Source of the DNA: a virus
Direction: 5' to 3' (one strand)
Length of the DNA: 64,000 nt
Virus record (IMG/VR): IMGVR_UViG_3300047322_000252
Span: 1 to 64,000 of that record
Shown here piece by piece: positions 17,891-27,871 of this stretch. Under the pieces are notes generated by a model. That model was not told the origin of the DNA. It searched no databases and saw only the letters and a list, made by a program, of their open reading frames with translations. Numbering within the stretch: the first letter of the stretch is position 1; each line of letters begins with the position of its first letter. Made by a program: the position numbers and the translations under genes.

Positions 17891-20800
17891 CTAGCTCGCC
17901 TGCGCTTGGAAGGCCGACGCTTTATCGCACCGGCCGCAGACCTTGAAGGTCAACTCGGCGCCATCGGCTTCCCGGAAGGTGCGGGTCCGGCCGTTGTCAA
18001 GCGCTGAGCGGTAGTGGATGTTGCACCGGGGCACCCACACGCCATCTCGTTCGATCGAGCGGTGCAGGATCTTCCGCTTCGCCCTCGATCCGAACATGAT
18101 CAGCAGCGGTCCCTCCGGTGGCAGGCTCATACTCGTAGGATACCGAATCGGGGTCGATCAGGCCTGCAAGTCGGAAGGCCTCGACCGCTATCTCTCGGGG
18201 CCTCATGGCCGGAACACGGCGGGCGGTAGGTAGCCGGTCTGGCACAGGGCGCCGAGGGCGGCGGGTACCACCGGCCCCCAGAAGGTCATCACGCCACCAG
18301 CATGGTGGAACTGGACTCCATCGGCGCCGTGGTGGGTGTGCATGATCTCCGAGAAGAGCAGGATGCGGGTGCTGTGCTGCCCCAGGAAGACGAAACGGTC
18401 GCCCTGTACCTGGAAGGTGCCCCAGTCGTGGAATGAGCCGTGGAAGGGCACAGGGAGGGCGCCGAACAGGCTGCCGGACTCGGCGCCGACGAACGCTTGA
18501 CGCTCCCGAGGCTCCTCCAGGGTCACCCGGCACTCGAAGCCGAAGGGGTTGGCGAACCAGTACCGCTCAGCGGCGATCGTGTCGGCGTCAGGGGTGGCGG
18601 GCTGGGTACCGCCGAAGAGTGCTGTGAGGAACTTGCCCATGAGCACAATCATACTCGTATGCGCTCTTATCCGACATGGGCCGTATGCCTCACCAGTGCG
18701 ACGGCCTGATCATGCCCGGCGAGCGCAGCGGCCTCGGTGGGGTAGCGCTCCTGGTACTGATCGTGCTTGCCGCCGAAGATCATCGTCTCGTAGACCAGAG
18801 GCGGGACACCGTAGAAGCCGTAGCCCATGTCGATGCCGAACCACCGGGTGCTGATCCGGACCTCGCCCTCGTCAGTGTCAATGACGTCCTGTTGGACGAC
18901 CGTGTCCAGGTGGTTCTCGATCAGCATCGCCCACAGGCTCAGAGGGATCGGCTTGCCTACCCGGTCGAAGTGGATCGGCGTCCAGATCCGGCCAAGGTGC
19001 CCAGGCGTCGTCCAGTCCGAGCACTCCTGGCAGTACCCCTCGAACTGATCCATCTCGTTGCGGATCGGGTTGTGACACCGGGCGCAGAGCAACACGCACC
19101 TCCTGGGTACGCAGAGTACGCAGGTACCTGACGCAGCACCACGTGATTAGGCGGTAGTCCTCGATCATGGACTCGCCGCACCAGCAGGGGAAGCGGTGCT
19201 TCAAGGCCCAGCGTGTCCCGACGTAGTTCTTGGGGCCGCTGATCAGATGGTTCCGGTGGGTGTCAGAGCGGGGCATCGGCCACGAAGTTGTAGGTGTCCA
19301 CCAGGGCCTCGATGGCGTCGTCGCCGGGCCACACGTTGTCAGGGGGCCAGTTGCCCAGCGCCTGTTGCGTGTGGATGTAGCAGTTGACCCGCTCCACGTC
19401 AGTCACCTGATCAGGGCGTTCAGGCGGTCGATCTCAGCTTGCTGGGCCTCCACCAGGTTGAGGGTTTCCGTCACGCCATTCCGAAGCTGCCACACGGCGA
19501 AGGCCAGGGCTAGGAGGGCGAGGACGAGTAGAGCTATGACAACAGACATCAGGTCATTCTATCCGAGTCTGTCAATGTCAATGCCTCGGTATCCGAAGAC
19601 GGCTCCCATGTCCCCAGGGCTTCCACAGCCACCTGTGCATAAGGCAGGCACCAGGCCGGGTGGTAGCCGGAGAACGGGGGCAGTGTTGACAACGCTCCGG
19701 CGACGTATCGCTCCAGTTCGGTGTAGGCGGCAGGGTCGGGGAATGAGATCGAGTCCGACCAGGGTGGGACATCAGGTGGCATTGGCTTCCTTCGGATGGT
19801 GGACGTCGGTGGGCGGTGGCCTGCTGGCCACCTCTCGGTAGTGGTCTTGCTCGTGGAACCAGGCATCGGCTGGTGTGGCCAGCCAGCCCAGGTGGTGTTT
19901 CCACCCGCACCGGCACCTCAGCCATACGCCGTCTTCCTGCGGGTCTGGCCAGCGGTACGTCAGCCAGACGTGGTGCTCGAACGGTCCGCTATCCAAAGCA
20001 GCGCTCGCACGCATACTCGGCCTTGTCCGAGATCACCTCGAACGGGCCTCCCTGCCACTCGCTCTGAGCGTTGAGATCGACCCCGCACACGGTCACCCCG
20101 TTGCCGTGGCCGAGTGCTGGCAGGTGCAGCACCCGGTCGTCGTTGCCCATGAGGGCGACCGGGAACTCAATCGTCACGGTTCCAACCCAGCAGGCTGTTG
20201 GCCTCGTCCCAGAACGGCGCTGCGTAGTCGGTGGTCGTCTGCTCCGTGCCGTGGATGCACTGGACGGCCATGAGCACGAGGGCGTCGATCTGGGTGTGGA
20301 AGAGGGCGTCGGTCTGGTAGCGCCGGTAAGCCTCTACGTCGCCTACGCCGTTGTGGTCTGCCGCCATGTGCAGCAGTGCCTCGGTGAATCGTCTGGTGAA
20401 TCCCTGGGTGTCGAGCATCAGGACACGATAGGAGCGTCGTTGTTGCCCCTGGTCACCGCAGTAGCGGCGGTCGCCATCAACCTCGTGAGGCTGTGGTCCC
20501 GCCACTCCTGGTCAATGCCCTCACGCTTGCACGTCAGGATGTACTCAGGCACCCAGTGGCTGCTGGTCTGAACCGGCCCACCTCGGCGCAGAACGATCTC
20601 CGAGCACTCGTACGCCTCCAGGAGATCCATCACCGACTCAATCTGCTTTGGAAGCATCGCCTGACTGTACATGGTTCTGACCCATGAACAAGGGCCTTAG
20701 CTTGTCGAGCGGCCAGTCGTAGTCACCGCAGTCAGGGCAGGTTGCGACCCCACGCCTCAGGGAAAGGTTGGGCATCCGGGCGGCTGTCGAGCGGTCCACC

Positions 20801-21660
20801 AGCAGGGTGATTCCGCACGCTGTCACCAAGACCTGGTTCCCCTGATAGCAGACTCGATGTGACGTCCTGGACGGGGAGGGTGATGCCGTCGTCATCCTCG
20901 TCGTCCACCCACTCGTTGAAGACGACAACCTCGCTGTCCACCAGCCGCCACGTCTCTTTGATGACTCGGCACTCGTCGGACTCCTCGAAGAACTCGGTGT
21001 CGGTCACCCAGGCGTACTCACCGTAGATGTCGCTGCCGTCCTCCATGCGGTAGGTCACCCACTGCTTGCCCTCCATGAGGCGCTTGTTCTCGGCGTAGAG
21101 GGCACGAAGCTCCTCCCAGGCCCGAGCTAGCTGGTCGGCCAGGTGTGGGTCGGTGCGCTGGTTCTCCATGAGGCGCTGGAGATCACTGGCGATCTCCAGC
21201 ATCTCGTAGCTGTTCCAAATGGGGCGCTCGCCCTCCCGGTACTCGATCAGGCGCTCGCACTCCAACCGGGTGTGGTCCAGGTTCATGCGGCGTCGTCCGG
21301 TACACGGTTGGCGGGCCACTTCGGCCAGCGGGAGGGAGGCTCGCCCAGCACCTCACGGACTAGCTCCGGGTTGGTCTGGCGCCGGAAGGCCAGTTCCTCG
21401 GGGAACAGTTCAAGCTGGCGCTTGAAGCCTTCTCGGTATAGCTCGTCCACGGTGGTGGACGTCTTCGACATGAAGAAGGCCGTGCCGCCGAGGGTGAAAC
21501 GGTGGTCCCAGGGATCGCTACCCAGGCAGTGCCACATGTGCTGCTTGCCATCCACGGCGGGGAGCCAGCACAGGTCGTCCGGGCAGAGCGGGTTCACCAG
21601 AAGGCACCCGTTCCACTTCTCGGGTACCTCGATCTTGGGTACGCCCCACTTCTCCTTCAT
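17891..21660 (-). CDS. Block of small - strand hypothetical genes (e.g. 17891-18130, 18203-18640 PH-like, 18667-19095, 19549-19790, 19772-20014, 19989-20177, 20167-20430, 20418-20658, 20732-21286, 21283-21660; some starts approximate)
   Basis: Overlapping - strand ORFs with phage codon usage; several leaderless -10 boxes (TATCCT, TATGAT, TACAGT, TAGGAT). Confidence 0.6.
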
Positions 21661-21674
21661 ACTCAGAATCCTAA

Positions 21675-21702
21675 CAGGAAGAGGGGGGCCGAAGCCCCCC
21701 TC
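21675..21702 (-). terminator. Intrinsic terminator
   Basis: GAGGGGGGC TTCG GCCCCCCTC followed by TTCCTGTT on the - strand. Confidence 0.75.
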
Positions 21703-21758
21703 TCACCGCATGCCCCAACTCACCCCGAGGCCTCCAGGAGGAGACAGGGGGCACAGTA

Positions 21759-22037
21759 CTACGGATTCAGAACCTCGTACACCCCGTATCGGGCGACCCG
21801 GAGCTTCATGATGATCTCGGCCTCGTCCACGCCCAGGTTCCGCAGCACCATGCGGGCCTCCGCTGAACCGGGCACGGTCACGTTCTGGATGAGTTCACCT
21901 TGCAGCAGGGTCGTGGCCAGAGTGACCGAGCGGGTCCACACGCAGGTGAAGGGCGGGGTCCCGATGTGAAGGCGGGGCGTCACGCTCGTGTAGCCCTTCT
22001 CCAGGTCGGCGGCGATGAAGTCGTCAGGCGTTTGCAT
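21759..22037 (-). CDS. Hypothetical protein (leaderless)
   Basis: -10 TATCAT just before ATG; MQTPDDFIAAD... Confidence 0.65.
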   Translation of the reverse strand: MQTPDDFIAADLEKGYTSVTPRLHIGTPPFTCVWTRSVTLATTLLQGELIQNVTVPGSAEARMVLRNLGVDEAEIIMKLRVARYGVYEVLNP

Positions 22038-22054
22038 ACTGGTATGATAGCGGA

Positions 22055-22171
22055 TGACGGAGGGGCCGATACACCAAACCATGGCGGGGGAGGGGAGCGG
22101 CCCCTCCGTCAGTTCTGGGGCGTTCCCTCAGGAGAGGGCTGATCAGGCGGGTTCGATTCCCGTACGCTCCG
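22055..22171 (+). ncRNA. Candidate RNA 4: 14-bp hairpin plus anticodon-less tRNA-like module
   Basis: TG-G-TATGAT extended -10 at 22040; stem 22055-22068/22098-22111; acceptor GGGGCGT/ACGCTCC; CCCTC/GAGGG arm; T-arm GCGGG TTCGATT CCCGT. Confidence 0.72.
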
Positions 22172-22198
22172 CTGAACCTCCCCCCAATCGGGGAGAAG

Positions 22199-22654
22199 TT
22201 ACTGCGCCCGGCCCCAACCGCCCTTGACCCGGATGCCGGTGAACTGGCGCCCTTCCAGGAGCGCCGCCGTGGCCCGGTGGTGGCCGCTGAGCAGCATGTG
22301 CGTCTCCGGGCAGCCCTCGCACTCCGAGCGGCTGTAGACGACGGGGAAGCGGTTCCCAGGCTCGTGCTCGTTGGCGAAGAGCTTGCCCGATGACTGGTTC
22401 TCGGGGTTCATGTAGTGGGCCACGCCCTCCCGGGTCACCCACGACTGCGTCGAGTGGACCTCTCGGGGGTCGATCTGCTCCGTCTCGGGCGTGCCCCGGA
22501 GGGCCTTGTGGACCAGGTCCTCGTCGTAGGGCATCTGGCGCTTCGAGCGCCCCGCAGCGGGGAAGGGCGGCGTGGTCTTGCCTGCCGACCCCTCGGGGAA
22601 CAGCGAGGACATGCCGCCGCCGTAGAACTTCCCGAACTGATCAGGCTGGAGCAT
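22199..22654 (-). CDS. ParB/Srx N-terminal-like domain protein
   Basis: STQ..V...PVV...LLSGHHRATAA pattern. Confidence 0.7.
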   Translation of the reverse strand: MLQPDQFGKFYGGGMSSLFPEGSAGKTTPPFPAAGRSKRQMPYDEDLVHKALRGTPETEQIDPREVHSTQSWVTREGVAHYMNPENQSSGKLFANEHEPGNRFPVVYSRSECEGCPETHMLLSGHHRATAALLEGRQFTGIRVKGGWGRAQ

Positions 22655-22655
22655 G

Positions 22656-23708
22656 TCAGTCCTTCCAGATCTTCACCGTGGTCTTCTCAGTGGTGTCCAA
22701 GGGTAGACCTTCTGGCCCCTTGATGTGGGGTGCTATGTAAACAGGGCGCCGGAACTGCCTGCCCTCGCCTACGGCCTGTTGGCGCCAGTGGCCCTTGACG
22801 ATCCACCGCTTGGTCCACTCGACGGTCCTGGGCTGGCCTGTTGGGGGCCGGTGGCGGGCGTGGATGTTGACCAGGCGCACGTTGTGGTTCAGCGGGATCG
22901 AGATCTTCTTGCGGTCGATCCTCTTCTGCACCGGCCGGATGGGGCCAGCGGTGGTCGTGCTGACCAGGTTCTCCTGTTGTGACAGCAGGAAGAAGGCGGC
23001 GAGGATGCGCCGGTCCTCTTCCAGCGTGGCCTTCTGGTGCTCCGTGGCCCCCTTGGGGGCGAACTGGCCGCTCGTGTCGAACCCGAAAGGCCAGTCGGTG
23101 CGGCCCAGGGGTTGCCACACCTCCCACTTGCGCCAGAACGCCACCGACACGCCATTGCCCCGGAGACGAAACTCATCGCCTTCCTGGGCGTCGGCAATGA
23201 GCTTCTTCACCTCGTCCGAGAACTGGTCGTTGGTCAGCATGTCCTTGGTATCGACCCATCCGCCCCGCAGGCGCAGGGGGTCGTCCTGTGGGGTCATCTT
23301 GACGGCGCCATCGACTCGTGTCTCTGTTGACACATCAAACTGGCACGGCCCCCACTGCATGGCCTGGAGATCGATCTGGTGGTCCTCCACTCGGGAGTCC
23401 ATGCCCCACAGGGGCTTGGCGAAGAACACCATCCCCGCCCGGGACGGCACCATCTCGTCGGTGAGGGTGGTGGGCGGCAGGTTCTGGTACGCCGCCTGGA
23501 GCAGGTCGCACATGTCCTCGCTGACCCACCACAGTTCGGCCTCGGCCAGTTCCTCGAACATCCACTGGAGCGACTTCAACTGGTAGTCGGGGTTGGCTTC
23601 ATACTGCGGAGCCTGGCCGGTGGAGTACAACCGAGCCATCCGGCTCAGGTTCTCCATCATCTCGATCCGGACTTCCGGGACCATGACGGGGCGCACGATC
23701 AGTGCCAT
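22656..23708 (-). CDS. Conserved phage protein with C-terminal WxVxGHWRxQ motif
   Basis: RWIVKGHWRQQAVG...YIAPHIKGP. Confidence 0.8.
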   Translation of the reverse strand: MALIVRPVMVPEVRIEMMENLSRMARLYSTGQAPQYEANPDYQLKSLQWMFEELAEAELWWVSEDMCDLLQAAYQNLPPTTLTDEMVPSRAGMVFFAKPLWGMDSRVEDHQIDLQAMQWGPCQFDVSTETRVDGAVKMTPQDDPLRLRGGWVDTKDMLTNDQFSDEVKKLIADAQEGDEFRLRGNGVSVAFWRKWEVWQPLGRTDWPFGFDTSGQFAPKGATEHQKATLEEDRRILAAFFLLSQQENLVSTTTAGPIRPVQKRIDRKKISIPLNHNVRLVNIHARHRPPTGQPRTVEWTKRWIVKGHWRQQAVGEGRQFRRPVYIAPHIKGPEGLPLDTTEKTTVKIWKD

Positions 23709-23977
23709 TCGATGACCTCCATGGCCTCGGCTAGACGGAGTGGGAAGCATTGGCGTAGCTCGTAGAAGCCGTGGCACACCGGCTCGACGGCCTCGCCCAG
23801 GTGGTGGTGGCAGGGGATGACGCCCTCGCCCTTGGCGCAGATGGCGATCATCTCTTCCCGGCGCTCGACGGACACCGGGCTGTTGCCCCCGAAGATGCAG
23901 GTGTCACAACGGCGCTTGCGGATGTGGACCTTGTTGTCCACGAAGACCTTGTGCGTGCGGAACCGGCGCTCACCCAT
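23699..23977 (-). CDS. Small Cys/His metal-binding protein
   Basis: CDTC..CHHH..CHGF. Confidence 0.65.
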   Translation of the reverse strand: MGERRFRTHKVFVDNKVHIRKRRCDTCIFGGNSPVSVERREEMIAICAKGEGVIPCHHHLGEAVEPVCHGFYELRQCFPLRLAEAMEVIEWH

Positions 23978-24338
23978 CTCCCACCTTGATCCCCATGTCG
24001 GCCACCAGCTTCGGGCAGCCCACGTTGACCAGGTGCATGGCCTGGGCCAGCAGGTAGGGGTTGGCGCCGAGGGTGTTGACCAGGGCCTGGATCTTCCCCG
24101 GCCCCTTGCAGGACTCCTTGACGATCTGGAGCAGTGCTGCCAGGTCCTCTTGGGCGATAGGCCCGCCGTTGGGCGCCACAAGCTGTCGGTCGGCCACCAT
24201 GGCGGCTGCCGTGTGGGTCACAGCGTCCTCGTTGTAGGGAGGGATGCTGGAGACGGCGTTGTCACCACCGCAGGAGACGCAGAGCAGTGCCGACAAGGCA
24301 ATAGCGGCGGCGATGCACAGGGCGAGGAGGCTTCTCAT
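23970..24338 (-). CDS. Putative lipoprotein
   Basis: MRSLLALCIAAAIALSALLCVS-CGG lipobox-like; -10 TACCAT upstream. Confidence 0.6.
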   Translation of the reverse strand: MRSLLALCIAAAIALSALLCVSCGGDNAVSSIPPYNEDAVTHTAAAMVADRQLVAPNGGPIAQEDLAALLQIVKESCKGPGKIQALVNTLGANPYLLAQAMHLVNVGCPKLVADMGIKVGDG

Positions 24339-24361
24339 GTCAGTGTCAATGGTACTGCACC

Positions 24362-24718
24362 CTAAGACTCCGGGGATGGGTCTTTCGGCGCATACTTGTT
24401 GCCGAAGTCCTTGATGGCCTCGGCCAGCTTGTCCCGGTCGGCGTCGTTCTCCATGTTGCACTCGATGATCAGGTCGGCCACTCGGACCAGGCGCTCTGGC
24501 ACCTTGGTACCGGGCCGCACCACGGCCAGGATGGGCTTGTTCAGCATGATGCACATGCCCAACTCGACGCAGAACTTGATGTCCGGGTCACCATCGGGCA
24601 CGAGGCTCAGCGTGATGACCGAGTCCTTGATCATGCCAGGCAGCGTCTCAGCGGTGTGGGCCACCCAGGCCTTGGCGTCCGGGTCGTTCCAGGGGTCCTG
24701 CGAGCGGCGCTTAGCCAT
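24362..24718 (-). CDS. Small nucleoside-deoxyribosyltransferase/TIR-like Rossmann fragment
   Basis: VELGMCIMLNKPILAV resembles the ELG.A..L.KP motif. Confidence 0.5.
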   Translation of the reverse strand: MAKRRSQDPWNDPDAKAWVAHTAETLPGMIKDSVITLSLVPDGDPDIKFCVELGMCIMLNKPILAVVRPGTKVPERLVRVADLIIECNMENDADRDKLAEAIKDFGNKYAPKDPSPES

Positions 24719-25607
24719 TGAGGCCTTCTCTCTTGTCCAGGTCGTAGAGAAGCGAGTCAAGCTCCTCGATGGCGTCTTGCATGTCCATCTTGTCGTTGGC
24801 CCTGTCCCATGCTCTGACAACACGCTCGCATAGGTCGATCAGTTCCTTGCGGCTGCGCACCACCTCGGCCTTGGCTGCCTCCGGGCTGAACAGGTTCATC
24901 ATCTGCCCGATCACCTGGAGGAAGAGCCGGGCCATCTTGGACGTGCGCTCATGCCCGCCACGCTGGATGAAGTTCTCCCACAGCGGCCCGATGCCGGGTA
25001 CCCGCATAGCGAGGGCCATGGCCTCCTGGTCGATCCGGGCCAGTTCGATGCTCTCCCGGCGAGCCATCTCCTCGGCCACCTTCTTCTGGCTGTCGAAGAA
25101 ACCGTGAGGGATGTGCTGGTCCAGGGGGTTCTGCTGCGGGAGGCCGTGGGAGTGGCCGTACTGACGGGTGTCCGGGAAGCGTTGCCCGTACTGCTCGTAC
25201 ATCTCCAGCATCCGCCGCTCGATCTCGGCGTAGTCCAGCTTGTCGATGCCGGTCAGTTCGCCTTTCAGGCAGTTGACCTTGGTGACGAAGTTGACCGAGT
25301 CAGAGGGCAGGTTGGTAGCGATGACGGGGCAGACAGTGCAGCCCTTGCAGGCGACATCCTTGATCGTGCCCATTCATCATCCCCGGTGCCCGATGTGGGG
25401 GGCACGCTCCATGTGGTCGGCCAGGATGGTGGCCACCAAGGCGATGTCAGCACCAAGCTCCATGAGGCGCTGCTCCAGATGTGCGTTGGTGTTGGCGAGG
25501 CGGTTGGGGTAGCTGTCGTAGTCCTGGAGGACCCGGGCTTCTAGTTCACCCGCCTTGGCCCGCAGCACTCGCACCGCACGATCTACGGGAAGTCGTTCGT
25601 CAGGCAT
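24711..25607 (-). CDS. Two hypothetical genes (24711-25373; 25377-25607)
   Basis: ORFs with RBS; helical/coiled-coil composition. Confidence 0.65.
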
Positions 25608-25767
25608 TGTGCTCCTCCAGCCATAGCTCCATCACGTGTTCTATCAACCAGGTGCGACTGACCACCCGGGATTCGGCCTCGGTGTCGATGCGTTCCAGCA
25701 GGTCAGGGTCGATTCGCAGGGTGACGTAGGAGCGGCCATCTCGGGCCTTCACAGATCGTCCGGGCAT
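25600..25767 (-). CDS. Ribbon-helix-helix DNA-binding protein
   Basis: VTLRIDPDLLERIDTEAESRVVSRTWLIE; AGGAG RBS. Confidence 0.8.
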   Translation of the reverse strand: MPGRSVKARDGRSYVTLRIDPDLLERIDTEAESRVVSRTWLIEHVMELWLEEHNA

Positions 25768-25774
25768 GGCTCTC

Positions 25775-26137
25775 CTATCCGAGCAGGTAGACGAAGAAGG
25801 CCCTCGTCTGGTCCACCCAGGCGTTGTAGTAGGGGATGGCAGCGATGGGGATACTGCCATTGGGGGCCATCGCTTCCAGGGCAGCCGAGCACACGTCGTC
25901 GGCTGACAGCATGGGTCGGGCCTTGGGCGGTCGGCCCATGCGCTTGCCGCTCGTTCCGCCACTCGTCCGAGGCGTGCCATCGGGCCTGCGGGACGTCCCC
26001 TTGATGCCGTGGTTGTGGTACATGTGCAGGCCCATGTGCTGGGGGTGCTTCCAACCGGGCCGATCCTCGCAGCCCGGTTCCTTGCAGTGGAACAGGCCGT
26101 CGTCGTCTCGCTGGTACTTGGCCTGGGTTTGGGTCAT
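25775..26137 (-). CDS. C2H2 Zn-finger protein with AT-hook-like motif
   Basis: CKEPGC...HMYHNH; KRMGRPPK. Confidence 0.65.
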   Translation of the reverse strand: MTQTQAKYQRDDDGLFHCKEPGCEDRPGWKHPQHMGLHMYHNHGIKGTSRRPDGTPRTSGGTSGKRMGRPPKARPMLSADDVCSAALEAMAPNGSIPIAAIPYYNAWVDQTRAFFVYLLG

Positions 26138-26523
26138 CCGGCCCTCTTCGCAGTGCCGTTCCTCGGCTTCCGGTTCCTGATCGCCAGCAGGGCCAGACGA
26201 AACTCGTCCTTGGTGGGGAAGTTGCCGCCCCACTCCTGGAGGTAGCCCTCGGGGTAGATGTAGGTCCGGTAGTTGAGGAAGCCGGTGCTGTCCCACATCT
26301 CTCGCCGCTCTGATCCGCACCGCTCGCAGCGCAGGGTCATCGGCGTACCGGAGACGCCATCGGCAGCCCAATCGGAGTCAGCCTCAAACCAGGCGTGTCC
26401 GATGGTTCTGCACCGGGTGTAATCGACTGTCAGGTCCTCGATGGGCAAGGCCGCTCCTCTCGCTGTGTAAATGGTACCGTACCCGTTGAAAGTATGCCAC
26501 CACTTTGCTACACTTCCCCCCAC
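26134..26523 (-). CDS. Zn-ribbon hypothetical protein (start uncertain)
   Basis: CRTIGHAW...CERC. Confidence 0.6.
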   Translation of the reverse strand: MGGSVAKWWHTFNGYGTIYTARGAALPIEDLTVDYTRCRTIGHAWFEADSDWAADGVSGTPMTLRCERCGSERREMWDSTGFLNYRTYIYPEGYLQEWGGNFPTKDEFRLALLAIRNRKPRNGTAKRAG

Positions 26524-26543
26524 CCTGACGCAAGGAAGTTTCC

Positions 26544-27419
26544 GTGGACACCGATGACGTGCTGGATTACCGGCGCCTGATCAGCCAAACCAACATCGGT
26601 ACGGTGCCTGAGCCGACCGTCTACGCCACCAATGAGTGGTTGGACACGGTGTATGCGATGGCCTTGGACATTCCGGCCGATGATGAAGGTCTGATCTTCC
26701 CGTCGCAGGCTGACTGTGGTTGGTCCTGGACCGAGACGGGCCTCTTGGTGCTCTTCGAGCGCCCTCTGGAGATGGTCCACATCATCACGTCGGAGACGGA
26801 CCCGCACACCCGCCAGAAGCACTCCATCGAACCGGAACTGGAGCACATGATGGTCGAGGCCGTGCTCTTCACGGCCGAGTTTCTGGCGCCGGTCCAGCGG
26901 ACGGGCGAGGACGGTTGGGTGGTGGGTGAGGACGGCGGCGGGCCGTTCGATCCTCGCATGATGGCCACCGGGGTGTTGTGGATCGCTCCTCTCGACAAGA
27001 ACTTCACGCACATCCCGCTGTCCAGCGCCTACGTGTGCTTCGAGTGGAAGGTGTTCGCCAACCCGGAGTTGGGCATGTCTCAGAGCACCCGCTTCCTGTA
27101 CTCGATGCTGTGGGCGCTGAGCCACCGCATGACCACGTCCACGCCGATGAGTTATGCCAACAATCACCAGCGCAAGCGGTTCGTGCGCTCTGGCCTCCCG
27201 CCTGTCCGCATGCTGGAACTGACGGCGCCTACCGCCTCACAGACGAACGGCACCCAGGTGGTCAACTGGAAGCGGTCGTGGAAGGTGCGCACCCACTGGC
27301 GCAACCAGGCCTGCGGCCCCAAGATGAGACAACACAAGCGCATACTCATCCACGAGTACTGGAAGCAGCCCGACCTGCCGCCTGATCTGCGGCCTACCGT
27401 CTGGAAGACTGAGGCATGA
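26544..27419 (+). CDS. Second phage protein with WxVxxHWRxQ motif
   Basis: SWKVRTHWRNQACG...LIHEYWK; AAGGA RBS; -10 TACACT at 26509. Confidence 0.8.
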   Translation: MDTDDVLDYRRLISQTNIGTVPEPTVYATNEWLDTVYAMALDIPADDEGLIFPSQADCGWSWTETGLLVLFERPLEMVHIITSETDPHTRQKHSIEPELEHMMVEAVLFTAEFLAPVQRTGEDGWVVGEDGGGPFDPRMMATGVLWIAPLDKNFTHIPLSSAYVCFEWKVFANPELGMSQSTRFLYSMLWALSHRMTTSTPMSYANNHQRKRFVRSGLPPVRMLELTAPTASQTNGTQVVNWKRSWKVRTHWRNQACGPKMRQHKRILIHEYWKQPDLPPDLRPTVWKTEA

Positions 27420-27794
27420 CGTTCTTCGCTGGATTCGCTGTCGGGGGTGGCCTCGTCGGCCTCTGGTCCTGGGCGGTGTGGCGTCGCATCCAGGCCGAGC
27501 AGATCCCCAACTTCATACGGAGGGTCGATGAAGCACCTACTCACCGAGCAAACCCCGAAGGGCGTCACTGTCAAGTGCGGCGTCAAGACGTCTGCACCCG
27601 GGAAACCCCTCAGGAGAGATGACGTCACCATCTGGTGGAGCGAGGTGGACTGCCCCAAGTGCAGGCCTTACCGCTTCATGCCGGTGCCTGCTGACGACCC
27701 GATCGGTGGTATGAAGATGGTGTACGTGGGGACAGGAGAAGAGCCGCCTGTTGTGAAACCACGGCGACGCATCATTCGGACACCCCGAGCTTGA
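27416..27794 (+). CDS. Two small genes (27416-27622 membrane; 27528-27794 Cys-containing with basic tail)
   Basis: ATGA overlap; GGAGG RBS before 27528. Confidence 0.55.
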
Positions 27795-27871
27795 TTAGGA
27801 TTCCGTTTCCTGTACTGTGATTGCAGTTGCGTAACCATAGCGCAACCTGACAGACACATGGAGAGAGACGA

